A DNA stretch of 64,000 nt from an uncultured Candidatus Rokubacteria bacterium (GTDB lineage: Bacteria; Methylomirabilota; Methylomirabilia; Rokubacteriales; CSP1-6). This document shows positions 19,104 to 29,318 of the stretch, one piece after another. Both the position numbers and the translations under genes were made by a program. The stretch lies in the NCBI GenBank assembly GCA_963747235.1, contig CAVVEU010000029.1:128001-192000 (forward strand). The letters are read 5' to 3'. The notes beneath the pieces were generated by a model, which was given only the letters and a program-made list of their open reading frames with translations, ran no database searches and was not told the DNA's origin. The stretch's first letter is position 1. Every line of letters starts with the position of its first letter.

Positions 19104-22100
19104 CTACCTCCTGGCCAGATCCTCGACTTCTCGAATGAGGGGCGACGACTCGAGCCCCGCCCGTAGGCCGGGATCCCGGGTTGCCGCCCGTAGCCGGGTG
19201 ATGATAGCCCAGGCCGTGCGGTAGCGCCCGAGCGCCTCCTCCCGTCGCCCCCGCGCCGCATCGAGCCGGCCGAGTGCGACCTGGCTCACCCAGGTCTGGC
19301 GCGGCTGGCCGATCGCCTCCGCGATGGTCAGCGCGCGCCGCAGCGCATCGTGCGCCTCGTCCCAGGCGTGGCGCGCGGTCGCACTCTCTCCCTTGATGCG
19401 CCACGCCCAGCTCTCGAACTTCCGCGACCGGGTCGGCACGCCGATCTCGAGGCTCTGATCGGCGAGCCGCCGGGCCCGCTCGGGATCGCCCTGGAGCAGC
19501 GCGAGCTGCCCCAGGCCCGCGTAGCACTGCGTCGCGTAGCGCCAGGTCATCCAGCGCGAGGGCGGCGGATGGCGGACCACATGATGCGACTCTTCGAGCG
19601 CCTCGGCGGCCGCGGCGAGATCTCCCTGCGCCATCCAGGCCTCGGCCTCGTTGTTGCGGATGAACGCGCGGCGCTCGGCGCCGGTGCCGTGGCCGGCCCG
19701 CGACGAGCGTCCGGTGGCCTCGTACGATTGCTCCGAGAGCTCGACCCCGGTCGGATAGTCGCCGCACTCGATTCGCAGCCAGCCGATCGTGTTGAGAAAT
19801 CGCGGAATATACGCGTCGTCGCCGATCTTCTCCGCGAGCGCAAACCCCTCGCCGAGGGCCGCAAGCGCCCGGTCGTACTCTCCCACGTCATTGGCCGCCA
19901 CCCCCTCGTTCCACAGGCAGCGGAGCAGCGGGACGACGAGCCGATGTTCGCGGGCGATCCGAGCACCTTCCGCGCTGAGCTCGAGGCTCGGCCCATACTC
20001 CCCCTGCCAGCTCCGATGCAACGAGAGGAAATGGAGTGCGAGCGCCTGGCGATTCGGATCACCCACCGCCCGGCCGATGGTCAGGGCCCGCCCGACGTCC
20101 GCTTCCGCGTCGTCGAGGCGCCCAGAGACCGCGTGCATGTAGCCCCGGATGTACAGGCCGAAGCCCAGCGGGGCCTGGGCCCCGACGCTCTCGGCGATCT
20201 CGATCGCCTCTCGCACCCGCTCGAACGCGGGCGGGAAATCCTCGGCCCACTGGAGCGCCTGGGCGACCTGCACCAGCGCCACCGCCTCCGCGACGCGATC
20301 GCCGGCGCGGCGGGCCAGGTCCACGAGGGCCTCGGCCGCCTCGCGGGAGCGGACGAAGTCGCCGATGCCAAAGAAGAGGTCGGCCCGCGCGCGATGAATC
20401 GCCATGAGCGTGGCCACGGGCGCCGACTGGCGCCGCCGGGCCGCAACCACGAGCGCCTCGGCATACAGCTCGATGGCCTGCCGCAGGCCGAACGCCTGGG
20501 TCGCCTTCTCGGCGGCCTTGAGCAAGTAGTCGAGCGCCCGGTCCCAGTCCTCGGCATGCGAGAAGTGGTGGGCGAGCATCTCGAAGTGCTCGGCGAGCCG
20601 ATCGGCGTACAGCTCCTCGATGGCCCGCCCGATGAGCCCGTGCAGCTCCTTGCGCCGTCGCACGAGGAGGGAGGCGTAGGTCACATCCTGGGTCAAGGCG
20701 TGCTTGAACATGTACGCCAGCTCGGGGAAGCGGCGGCGCTCGTGGATCAGCTCGAGCGCGGTGAGCTCACGGAGGTTGTCCTCGGTGCTCTCCCGGATCT
20801 CGGCCAGGCGGTCCACGAGCCGTCGGGTGAACTCGCGCCCGATCACCGACGCGAGCTGCAGCGTCTGCTTGGGCGCTTCGGCCAGCCGGTCGATCCGGGC
20901 CGCGATCACGTCCTGGATGGTGCTGGGAATGTCGGACGCGGTCACCGGCCGGGCCAGGTCGAGCCGGCCGTTCGCCCGCCGCAGGACTCCGCCTTCCTCC
21001 AGCGACTTGACCAGCTCCTCGACGTAGAACGGGTTGCCCTCGGCCTTCGTGGCGACGAGCGCCCGCAGCTCGGCCGGCAGGGTGTCGGTGGCGAGGACCG
21101 CCGCCGCCATGCGGACGCTGTCGTCGGCCGACAGCGGCGCCGGCACGATGCGGGTGAAGTAGCTGCGATCGCCGAAGGGACTCGGGTATCCCGGTCGATA
21201 GGTGAACACGAGCAGCGCCCGGACCGCCGGCACGCTGTCCACCAGGGACGCGAGGAACTGCTCGCTCGCACTGTCGATCCAATGCAGGTCCTCGATGACC
21301 AGGATCTGGGATTGCCGCTCGGCCGCGCGGACCAGGAGGCGACGGAGCGCGTCGAGGATCTCGCCGCGGCGTTCCGCGGGGCTCATGGCCCGCACCGCCT
21401 CATCGCCCGGGTCGACGGACAGCAAGGCCCGGAGATACGAGGAGACGGGCCCGAGGTCCGCACCGATCTGCGCGACCCCCCGCTCGAGCTTCGCGGTGAT
21501 GGCCGCGTCGCCGTCACTCTCCTCGACGCCGAACCAGCGCCGGATCAGGTCGACCAGCGGATGAAAGGCCATCGCCTTCCCGAACGAGAGACAGTGGCCT
21601 TCGTGCCAGTCGCCGGCGGCGCCGACCCGGCGGCGAAGCTCGAGGAGCAATCGTGACTTTCCGATCCCGGGCTCGCCCACGACGAATACCACCTGTCCCT
21701 CGCCGGACTGGGCGCGGGCGAAGGCATCGAGCAGCTGGCCCAGCTCGCGCTCGCGCCCCACCAGCGGGGTGAGCCCGTGCTCCACCTCGACGTCGAGGCG
21801 CGTGCGCGCCTCGCGGGCGGTCACCACTTCCCAGGCGGGCATCGGCTCGACCTTGCCCTTCAGCTGCTTCTCGCCCAGCGAGCGCGTCTCGAAGTAGCCG
21901 TGCACGAGCCGATGGGTCGCCTCCGAGATCGTCACCCGACCAGGCTCGCCCACCTGCTGCATGCGCGCCGCCACGTTGGTGGTATCGCCGACCGCGGTGT
22001 AGTCCATGCGCAGGTCGCTGCCGATGCTGCCCACCACCACGAGGCCGGTATTGAGGCCCTGGCGGACGCGGAAGGTGATGCCGCGCGGCCGGAGCTCGGC

Positions 22101-22628
22101 CTGGTAGGCGTCGAGCGCGCGGGCGATGCCGAGCGCCGCGTGGACGGCCCGCCGCGCGTGGTCCTCGTGCGCGATGGGCGCCCCGAAGAGCGCCATGATG
22201 CCGTCACCGAGGAACTGGTTCACCGTGCCCTCGAAGCGGTGCACCTCGGCCAGCATGAGATCGAAGGCGCGGCTCATGAGCCGGTGAACTTCCTCGGGAT
22301 CGAGGCCGGCGGACAGGGCCGTGAAGCCGGAGACATCCACGAAGAGTACCGTCACCTGCTTGCGCTCGCCCTTGAGCGCCCCCGCGGTGGTGAGGATCTT
22401 CTCGGCCAGATGCTTCGGGGTGTAGACGGTCGGCGAGGCGAACTGATCGGGAGCTGCCTGCGCGGGCTCACGCTTCGGCGCGAGGGCGGCACCACACTGG
22501 TGGCAGAAGCGGTTGCCCGGCGGGTTCTCCGTCTGGCACGCGGGACAGGCCACGACCAGGCGCGCGCCGCATCCGCCGCAGAACTGGGCGGCGGCCGGAT
22601 TCGCGTGGCCGCAGCCAGTGCAGGTCAT
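19104..22628 (-). CDS. Double zinc-ribbon + class III nucleotide cyclase + AAA/STAND ATPase + TPR protein
   Basis: Four CxxC; LFVDVSGFT, FLGDG and GDTTNVAAR; Walker A GEPGIGKS; Walker B VIEDLHW; GNPFY; helical repeats at the C-terminus. Confidence 0.93.
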   Translation of the reverse strand: MTCTGCGHANPAAAQFCGGCGARLVVACPACQTENPPGNRFCHQCGAALAPKREPAQAAPDQFASPTVYTPKHLAEKILTTAGALKGERKQVTVLFVDVSGFTALSAGLDPEEVHRLMSRAFDLMLAEVHRFEGTVNQFLGDGIMALFGAPIAHEDHARRAVHAALGIARALDAYQAELRPRGITFRVRQGLNTGLVVVGSIGSDLRMDYTAVGDTTNVAARMQQVGEPGRVTISEATHRLVHGYFETRSLGEKQLKGKVEPMPAWEVVTAREARTRLDVEVEHGLTPLVGRERELGQLLDAFARAQSGEGQVVFVVGEPGIGKSRLLLELRRRVGAAGDWHEGHCLSFGKAMAFHPLVDLIRRWFGVEESDGDAAITAKLERGVAQIGADLGPVSSYLRALLSVDPGDEAVRAMSPAERRGEILDALRRLLVRAAERQSQILVIEDLHWIDSASEQFLASLVDSVPAVRALLVFTYRPGYPSPFGDRSYFTRIVPAPLSADDSVRMAAAVLATDTLPAELRALVATKAEGNPFYVEELVKSLEEGGVLRRANGRLDLARPVTASDIPSTIQDVIAARIDRLAEAPKQTLQLASVIGREFTRRLVDRLAEIRESTEDNLRELTALELIHERRRFPELAYMFKHALTQDVTYASLLVRRRKELHGLIGRAIEELYADRLAEHFEMLAHHFSHAEDWDRALDYLLKAAEKATQAFGLRQAIELYAEALVVAARRRQSAPVATLMAIHRARADLFFGIGDFVRSREAAEALVDLARRAGDRVAEAVALVQVAQALQWAEDFPPAFERVREAIEIAESVGAQAPLGFGLYIRGYMHAVSGRLDDAEADVGRALTIGRAVGDPNRQALALHFLSLHRSWQGEYGPSLELSAEGARIAREHRLVVPLLRCLWNEGVAANDVGEYDRALAALGEGFALAEKIGDDAYIPRFLNTIGWLRIECGDYPTGVELSEQSYEATGRSSRAGHGTGAERRAFIRNNEAEAWMAQGDLAAAAEALEESHHVVRHPPPSRWMTWRYATQCYAGLGQLALLQGDPERARRLADQSLEIGVPTRSRKFESWAWRIKGESATARHAWDEAHDALRRALTIAEAIGQPRQTWVSQVALGRLDAARGRREEALGRYRTAWAIITRLRAATRDPGLRAGLESSPLIREVEDLARR

Positions 22629-22644
22629 GCGCCGACCGTCGGGT

Positions 22645-23613
22645 CTAGCTCTCGCGCCACGCGCCGGCCTGATCGAGCGCGGCCGTCGCCTCGGCGTCCA
22701 GCTTGAGCTCGATCCCGGCCGCGAGCTCCTTGACCTGCACCGCCGACGTGGCGCTCGCGATCGGCGCGGTGATGCCCGGCCGGTGCGCCAGCCACGAGAG
22801 CGACACCTGCGCGGGCGTGGCGTTGACGGCCGCCGCGACCTTCTCGACCGCGGCCAGCACGCGGAAGCCGCGCTCGTTCATGTAGGTCTTCTCGACGCCC
22901 GCCGCGCGCGCGGTCTTGGGCATCGGCTCGCCCGAGCGGTACTTGCCGGAGAGGAACCCGCTCGCCAGCGAGAAGTACGGGATCACGCCGATCGTCTGCT
23001 CCAGGCAGAGCGGCTCGAGCTCGCGCTCGTACTCGTCGCGGATCACCAGGTTGTACTTGGGCTGCAGGCACTCGTAGCGCGCGTAGCGGTTTCGCTCGCT
23101 CTCCCAGAGCGCGCGGGTGAGCCGCCACGCGGAATAGTTCGAGGCGCCGATGTAGCGCACCTTGCCCTGGCGCACCAGGTCGTCGAAGGCGCGCAGCGTC
23201 TCCTCGAGCGGCGTCTCCTTGTCGTCCCAGTGCGCCTGGTAGAGGTCGATGTAGTCGGTCTGCAGCCGACGCAGCGAGGCCTCGACGCCGTCCATGATGT
23301 GCGCCCGGGAGAGGCCCTTGTCGTTCGGGCCCGACCCCATCGGCCCGCAGACCTTGGTGGCGATCAGCACCGACGCGCGATTCTTCCGCGCGGCCACCCA
23401 CGCGCCGAGCGCGGTCTCGGACTCGCCGCCCTTGTTGCCGGGGACCCAGCTCGAGTAGATGTCGGCGGTGTCGATGAAGTTACCGCCCGCCTCGACGTAG
23501 GCGTCCAGCACCGCCTCGGAGGCCTTCTGATCCGTCGTCCACCCGAACGTGTTGCCGCCCAGGCACAGCGCGGACACCTTGAGCCCGGTTCGCCCCAGCT
23601 TGCGCATCAGCAT
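22645..23613 (-). CDS. Aldo/keto reductase
   Basis: LGRTGLKVS, FIDTADIY, IATK, SLRRLQTDYIDLYQAH and YIGASN. Confidence 0.95.
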   Translation of the reverse strand: MLMRKLGRTGLKVSALCLGGNTFGWTTDQKASEAVLDAYVEAGGNFIDTADIYSSWVPGNKGGESETALGAWVAARKNRASVLIATKVCGPMGSGPNDKGLSRAHIMDGVEASLRRLQTDYIDLYQAHWDDKETPLEETLRAFDDLVRQGKVRYIGASNYSAWRLTRALWESERNRYARYECLQPKYNLVIRDEYERELEPLCLEQTIGVIPYFSLASGFLSGKYRSGEPMPKTARAAGVEKTYMNERGFRVLAAVEKVAAAVNATPAQVSLSWLAHRPGITAPIASATSAVQVKELAAGIELKLDAEATAALDQAGAWRES

Positions 23614-23623
23614 GATGAGTCTC

Positions 23624-24763
23624 CTATTTCCAGAGTTGGCCGGACGCCAGCCGCGCGCCCTCGGTCATGGATGTGAGCTTGGCCCAGACGATCTCGGGCT
23701 CGACCAGCGGCTGCGAGCGCGCGAACGTCGCGAAGCCGCAGTCGCTGCCCGCGATCACCCGCTCGCGCCCCACCGCCTCCGCGTAACGGACGAGGCGCTG
23801 CGCGACCAGCTCCGGGTGCTCGATGAAGTTGGTGGTGGTGTCGAGCACGCCCGGGATCAGCACCTTGTCGTCGGGCAGCTTGATCTCGCGGAACACGACC
23901 CACTCGTGGGCGTGGCGCGGGTTGGCGCCCTCGAAGGAGAGCCCCTGCGGGCGCGCCTTGAGCACCACCGGCAGGATCTCGCGCAGCGGGATGTCGCGGT
24001 GGTGCGGGCCCTCGTAGTTGCCCCAGCAGAGGTGCAGGCGCATCCGATCGGGCGGGATGTCGCGGAGCGCGTGATTGAGCGCCTCCACGTTGCCCTCCGC
24101 GAGCTTCACGAACGCCGCGTTGCTCAGGTCGGGGAACGCCAGGTGCCGGCTCATGGCCAGGTCCGGGCAATCCACCTGGAGCACGAAGCCGGCGCGGTGG
24201 ATGGCGTCGTACTCCTCCTTCATCACGTCCACCAGCCGGGCCAGGTAGGCCTCGCGGCTCGGGTAGTGGGTGTTCTGGAGGAAGTGGGCGATGACGCCCG
24301 GCGACGCGGCGGTCATGAAGGCCTCGGTGGGCGCGGCGCCGTCCACCGCCGCGCGCAGGTTGGCCACGTCCTTCCCGACCGCGGTGCGGTCCTTCCAGTC
24401 GATGGGGCCGTTGCAGGCGGGGCGCATGATCGCGGCGCGGCGCTCGCCCCGGGCCGCCGCCTCGGGGAAATCGGCCCAGTCGGCCCGCTTCGCGGCCCCG
24501 CTCTGACCGTCGAAGCCGGTGAGCCGGTGGCGCACGTAGGTCGAGTAGCCCACCTTGCCCTGCTCGCCGTCGCTGACGATGTCCACGCCGGCGGCCACCT
24601 GCTGGCGCACGATGTCAGCCACCGCGCGGCGGACGCGGGCCTCGAGCGCGCCCGGGTCGGTGCCGCCACCGGTATCGAGGGCGTCGAGCATCCCGGCCAA
24701 GTCGGGCGGCCGGGGCAGGCTACCGGTGTGCGTGGTCAGGATCCGGTCCGTGCTTCGCTTCAT
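23624..24763 (-). CDS. Cobalamin-independent methionine synthase II family protein (single barrel)
   Basis: TTHTGSLPRP, SDGE, LQVDCPD, and the Zn ligands in HLCWGN and SDCG. Confidence 0.9.
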   Translation of the reverse strand: MKRSTDRILTTHTGSLPRPPDLAGMLDALDTGGGTDPGALEARVRRAVADIVRQQVAAGVDIVSDGEQGKVGYSTYVRHRLTGFDGQSGAAKRADWADFPEAAARGERRAAIMRPACNGPIDWKDRTAVGKDVANLRAAVDGAAPTEAFMTAASPGVIAHFLQNTHYPSREAYLARLVDVMKEEYDAIHRAGFVLQVDCPDLAMSRHLAFPDLSNAAFVKLAEGNVEALNHALRDIPPDRMRLHLCWGNYEGPHHRDIPLREILPVVLKARPQGLSFEGANPRHAHEWVVFREIKLPDDKVLIPGVLDTTTNFIEHPELVAQRLVRYAEAVGRERVIAGSDCGFATFARSQPLVEPEIVWAKLTSMTEGARLASGQLWK

Positions 24764-24836
24764 GGGGGCGAGCGAATCTGACTCCACTCGCGAGCGATTG
24801 TCAAGAATGCTCGGCCCGGAGGGTCCTAAGGCGTCA

Positions 24837-25661
24837 CTATCGTTGGCCGCTACCGAAGAGAACATCCGCCTGCATCTCCAGTTCACCGTGTACGAGGAAC
24901 GGCGCCATCCGTTTTCGCACATCTTCGCGCACGGCCTGCCGTGCAGCGCCGGGGAGTCTCAGGAACAATTGCCCGTGGCGTCCCCCGCCGGCCTCGAACG
25001 GCTGCCAATACTCCTCGAACGATGTGAATCGATGGGCGCGGGTCTCCCGCGTGAGGCGAATCGCGTTCAACCCCGCTCCAGCCAGCAATCGCTCGAGCGT
25101 GTCGCCATCGGCCAAGGCCGACGGCTGATACAGGACGGCTCGCTGATCCGGGAAGTAGCGACTGAGTTCGTCCATGAGGATGCCAAAGAGCGGCACCTGC
25201 TCGGGTGCAGCCCAGACGCACACGGCAAGTCGTGCGCCGCCACGTAGAACGCGCATCCATTCCCGGAGAGCGGTCGCTGGATCAGGCAGGAACATGAGCC
25301 CGAGTTGACACACGACCGCATCGAAGCTCTCGTCCCTGAACGCCAGCGTTTGCCCATCCATCAGAACCAGCGACACTGGCTGCTTCGCTACCTTCGACGC
25401 CGCGATGCGCAGCATTGGCGCCGACACATCGATCCCAATGACCCTCCCGGTCGTCCCAACGCGAGACCCGGCGAGCGTGGCCGCTTCACCAGTTCCCGTC
25501 GCCACGTCGAGAACTCGATGGCCGGTGGCCAGACCGGCCTCGGCCAGCAGGGTCGGCACGTAGAGCCGAGACCATCGTCCGGAGAGCAAATCATAAGAGG
25601 CCGCGCCGGCATCGTAAGAGATCATCCCGCGCTCAACTCGGGTCGCGTGCACCGCGTCCAT
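24837..25661 (-). CDS. Class I SAM-dependent methyltransferase (UbiE-like fold)
   Basis: VLDVATGTG, GIDVS..ML, SFDAVVC, RVLR. Start may instead be ATG 25625. Confidence 0.88.
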   Translation of the reverse strand: MDAVHATRVERGMISYDAGAASYDLLSGRWSRLYVPTLLAEAGLATGHRVLDVATGTGEAATLAGSRVGTTGRVIGIDVSAPMLRIAASKVAKQPVSLVLMDGQTLAFRDESFDAVVCQLGLMFLPDPATALREWMRVLRGGARLAVCVWAAPEQVPLFGILMDELSRYFPDQRAVLYQPSALADGDTLERLLAGAGLNAIRLTRETRAHRFTSFEEYWQPFEAGGGRHGQLFLRLPGAARQAVREDVRKRMAPFLVHGELEMQADVLFGSGQR

Positions 25662-25824
25662 CGGGGCAAGTTGCGGATGCAGGAGCAGGTGATGAGCCAG
25701 ACCCCCATGAAGGCGCGGCGCGGCATCTCGGGCGAGCAGATTGTGGTGTCCATACGGTCCCCCGTGGGGTCTGGCCGCGAGTCTACCAGTGTCGGCCCGC
25801 GCGCGTGCGGGCGGCAGACAAGAA

Positions 25825-25833
25825 TGCTACAGT
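25825..25833 (+). promoter_or_regulatory. Extended -10 promoter candidate (TGcTACAGT)
   Basis: About 45 nt upstream of ATG 25878, which has a GAGGAGG RBS. Confidence 0.4.
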
Positions 25834-25877
25834 CTCAGCCGACCCGGCCCTGATCTCCCACCACGAGGAGGATCGCC

Positions 25878-26999
25878 ATGGGACGCCCGTACAACGTCAT
25901 CGACGCCGACGGCCACGTGCTCGAACCGGTGGACATCTGGGACAAGTACATCGACCCGAGCTTTCGCGAGCGGGCGCCCCGGATCGTCATCGACACCGAC
26001 GGCAAGGAGCGCCTGCTCGTCGAGGGACAGGTCCTGGGCAGCCAGAAGGGCTTCGGCGTCATCGGGGCCATCGGGTCCCGGCAGGGTGAGGTGGCCGCCG
26101 AAGCCACGATGAAGTACGTGGAAGGGCGGCCCGGCGGGTTCGACCCGCACGCCCGCATCCCGGACATGGACCTGGACGGCATCGACGCCGCCTTCCTCTA
26201 CCCGAGCGTGGGCCTCTTCGCGGGCGCGGTGCAGGAGCCGGGGCTCGCGGCCGGGATGTGCCGCGCCTACAATCGCTGGCTCGCGGACTACTGCCAGCCC
26301 TATCCCGATCGGCTGTTCGGGGTGGCGATGCTGCCGATGCAGTCGATCGACCTGGCCATCCAGGAGATGCGCTACGCGCGGAAGGAGCTGGGCATGCGCG
26401 CCGGCTTCCTCCGCCCCAACCCCTACAACGGCAAGATGCTGCACCACCCGGACTACGCGCCCTTCTGGGAGGAAGTCCAGGAGCTGGACATGGCGATCGG
26501 GATCCACGAGGGCGCGAGCGGCGGCATGCCGCAGGTCGGGGTGGACCGGTTCGAGACGCGCGGGGCCCGGCACATCATCTCGCACACCATGGAGATGATG
26601 CTGGCCGCGATGAGCGTGATCTGGAGCGGGGTCTGCGACCGCTACCCGCGCGTGCGGATCGGCTTCATGGAGTCGGGCGGCGGGTGGATCGCGCCGTGGC
26701 TCGACCGGATGGATCGCCACTTCGACGATCAGGGCTTCAACGACTCGGGCCTCTCCATGCGGCCGACCGAGCTGTTCCGGCGCAACTGCTGGATCTCGTT
26801 CGAGCCGGTCGAGGGCTGCCTGAGCGCCCTGGCCGACTACATCGGCCCGCACAAGATCCTGTGGGCGACCGACTACCCGCATCCCGACGGCTTCTTCCCC
26901 GGCGCCCCGCAGCTCATCGCGAACCGGCCCGAGCTGTCGGACGCGACGAAGCGCGAGATCCTGGGCGGGGGCGCCCGGCGCTTCTACGGTCTGGCCTAG
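25878..26999 (+). CDS. Amidohydrolase family 2 protein
   Basis: IDADGH, DMDLDGID, YNRWL, ESGGGW and WATDYPH. Confidence 0.92.
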   Translation: MGRPYNVIDADGHVLEPVDIWDKYIDPSFRERAPRIVIDTDGKERLLVEGQVLGSQKGFGVIGAIGSRQGEVAAEATMKYVEGRPGGFDPHARIPDMDLDGIDAAFLYPSVGLFAGAVQEPGLAAGMCRAYNRWLADYCQPYPDRLFGVAMLPMQSIDLAIQEMRYARKELGMRAGFLRPNPYNGKMLHHPDYAPFWEEVQELDMAIGIHEGASGGMPQVGVDRFETRGARHIISHTMEMMLAAMSVIWSGVCDRYPRVRIGFMESGGGWIAPWLDRMDRHFDDQGFNDSGLSMRPTELFRRNCWISFEPVEGCLSALADYIGPHKILWATDYPHPDGFFPGAPQLIANRPELSDATKREILGGGARRFYGLA

Positions 27000-27997
27000 C
27001 CGCGGCCGAGTGCTGCCTTCCCGAAGGTAGTCGACGGGTCCTCGAAGCGAAGCCGCTGGGCCAGCCGGTGCCCCGGCAGCGCATCGAAGATGTGCCGGAC
27101 CCGACCGGCAACCGTCGAGGCGGCGGCATCGGTCCGGATGCCGAGCGAGAGGTACGGTCGGCGCATCGATCGAAGCTCCTGCTCGACGACGTCCCAGAAG
27201 ACGTCCCCGGACGACCAGCCGGCGGTCGGATAGAGCATCTCTACCGATCTGGAAGCGGGGCGGCGCAGAATGCGGCGGGCCGCCCGGCGCCACAGCGGGC
27301 GTGGCGGGACGCGAGAACGCGTCGTGAGCGGCACCATCACGAGCCGCCGGCCCCGGCGGCCCCCGTCGATCCGGAAGTCGTGGCGCGCCGGGCGGTATGG
27401 CAACCGCGGGGCGCTCGCGCAGTCGGTGTACGATCCCACGATGGGCGACGCGTCCACCCCGGACGGCACCTCCGTGGCGTGCACGCCCCAGCCCGTGATC
27501 GGCTCCAGCGTGAGATCGACCTCGACGCCGGCCCCCTCCGCGGCGGCCACGATCTGGTTCGTGAGAAAGCCGGCGCCCGACCGAAAGAGCCGAGCGGGAC
27601 CTCCGGCCCACTGCGCATAGGCCTCGAGGGCAAACCGGGTGGCATACCCCTGCCAGTCCCCGTCTTCGAACTCGTGCACCCACAGGCCCCGGTCCGCGGC
27701 CCAGCGGATCGAGTGCGCGTGCACGCCGAGGTAGTCACCGGCGGCCTGCAGCCGCGCGGTTCGATCGGGAAAGGCCACGAGCCCATGATCGGCCCGCCCA
27801 TGGATCTCCGCGATCTGCGGGTCGGTCCGGAAATACCAGCCGAACTTCGGCGCGGCACCGGTTCGTTCGGCCAGCCTCGTTCGGAGCCGCTCGGCATACT
27901 CGACCATTGCCGCGTACCCGGCCCACGGCGGGGGATCGCGCCGGTCGAGCTGGAAGCCCTCGGGCTCGACGTCGACGCTCAGAAAGGCGGGAATCAT
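26996..27997 (-). CDS. Hypothetical protein, polysaccharide deacetylase-like
   Basis: FLSVDVE, GVHAH and FRSG resemble CE4/NodB-type motifs (inference). Confidence 0.6.
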   Translation of the reverse strand: MIPAFLSVDVEPEGFQLDRRDPPPWAGYAAMVEYAERLRTRLAERTGAAPKFGWYFRTDPQIAEIHGRADHGLVAFPDRTARLQAAGDYLGVHAHSIRWAADRGLWVHEFEDGDWQGYATRFALEAYAQWAGGPARLFRSGAGFLTNQIVAAAEGAGVEVDLTLEPITGWGVHATEVPSGVDASPIVGSYTDCASAPRLPYRPARHDFRIDGGRRGRRLVMVPLTTRSRVPPRPLWRRAARRILRRPASRSVEMLYPTAGWSSGDVFWDVVEQELRSMRRPYLSLGIRTDAAASTVAGRVRHIFDALPGHRLAQRLRFEDPSTTFGKAALGRG

Positions 27998-28085
27998 CAG
28001 CCAGGGTGAACCGTGACCACGGATCCTAGCATGAACGCGGCGGGCCGGGGTGCGGTAGGATGCGATGCGAGAGGACCGGACGATC

Positions 28086-29295
28086 ATGAGCGAGCGCGCG
28101 CTGACCGGCATCCGCATCCTGGACCTCACCCAGTTCGAGGCGGGCACCTCCTGCACCCAGCTCCTGGGCTGGCTCGGCGCCGACGTCATCAAGATCGAGC
28201 CGCCCGGCGGCGAGCAGTCGCGCCGGAACCGCCCGGAGGTGCCGGGGCTCGACGCGATGTTCTTCCTGCTCTTCAACTCCAACAAGCGCAGCGTCACCAT
28301 CGATCTGAAGAAGCCGGACGGTCACGCGCTGTTCCTCAAGCTGGCCGAGCGCGCGGACGTGGTGGTCGAGAACTTCGCGCCCGGCCTCATGGAGCGGCTG
28401 GGCCTCGATTTCGACCGGCTCCGCGCGGTGAACCCGCGGATCATCCTCGCGCGCCTGAAGGGCTTCGGGCTCTCCGGCCCGTATCACGAGTTCAAGAGCT
28501 TCGACATGATCGCGCAGGCGATGGGCGGCGTGATGAGCGTCACCGGCTTCCCGGACCGCGAGCCCGTGCTCTGCGGCGCCAACATCGGCGACAGCGGCGC
28601 GGGCGTGCACATGGCGGCCGGCATCCTGGCCGCGGTCATCGAGCGGCAGCGGACGGGCCTGGGCCAGGTCGTGGAGGTCTCCATGCAGGAGGCGGTGGCG
28701 AACCTGATCCGCCAGCGCTACGTCGTCCACTACCGGGACCGCAAGCCCACGCCGCGCCGGGGCAACGGGGCGCCGCCCGGCGCGGTGCCCGACGGCCTCT
28801 ACGCGTGCGCGCCGGGCGGCCCCAACGACTACGTCTACATCTACGTGCAGCCGATGAACCAGGGCATGTGGCAGGACTTCGCCCGCGCGATCGGCCGCGA
28901 GGACTGGCTCGCCGACCCGCGCTGCGTGGACGCGGCTACCAGATGGGCTCACCGGGACGCGCTGAACGGCATCGCGCGGGCCTGGACGGGCGCGCGCTCC
29001 AAGCAGGAGGTGCTCGAGACGCTCGGCAAGGCGGGCGTGCCGTGCGGCGCGGTCCTCGACACGCAGGAGGTGCTGGACGACCCGCACATGAACGCGCGCG
29101 GCGCCATCGAGACCATCGATCACGCGACGCGCGGCCGCTTCCGGGTGCCCGGGTGTCCGATCCGCCTGTCCTCATCCGAGGCGGTGACCACGCCGCCCCC
29201 GCTGGCCGGCCAGCACACCGGCGAGGTCCTGGCGGAGGTGCTCGGGCCTGTCGCCGCAGGCGGTCGAGGAGCTGCGGGCGCGCGCGGTGATCTGA
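28086..29295 (+). CDS. Class III CoA-transferase (second Frc-like paralog); indel near 29247
   Basis: LTGIRILDLT, FNSNKRS, IGDSGAG and PGGPNDYV. The C-terminus EELRARAVI* is in a shifted frame. Confidence 0.9.
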
Positions 29296-29318
29296 CGCGT
29301 GCTCTTCGAGCTCCGAGC

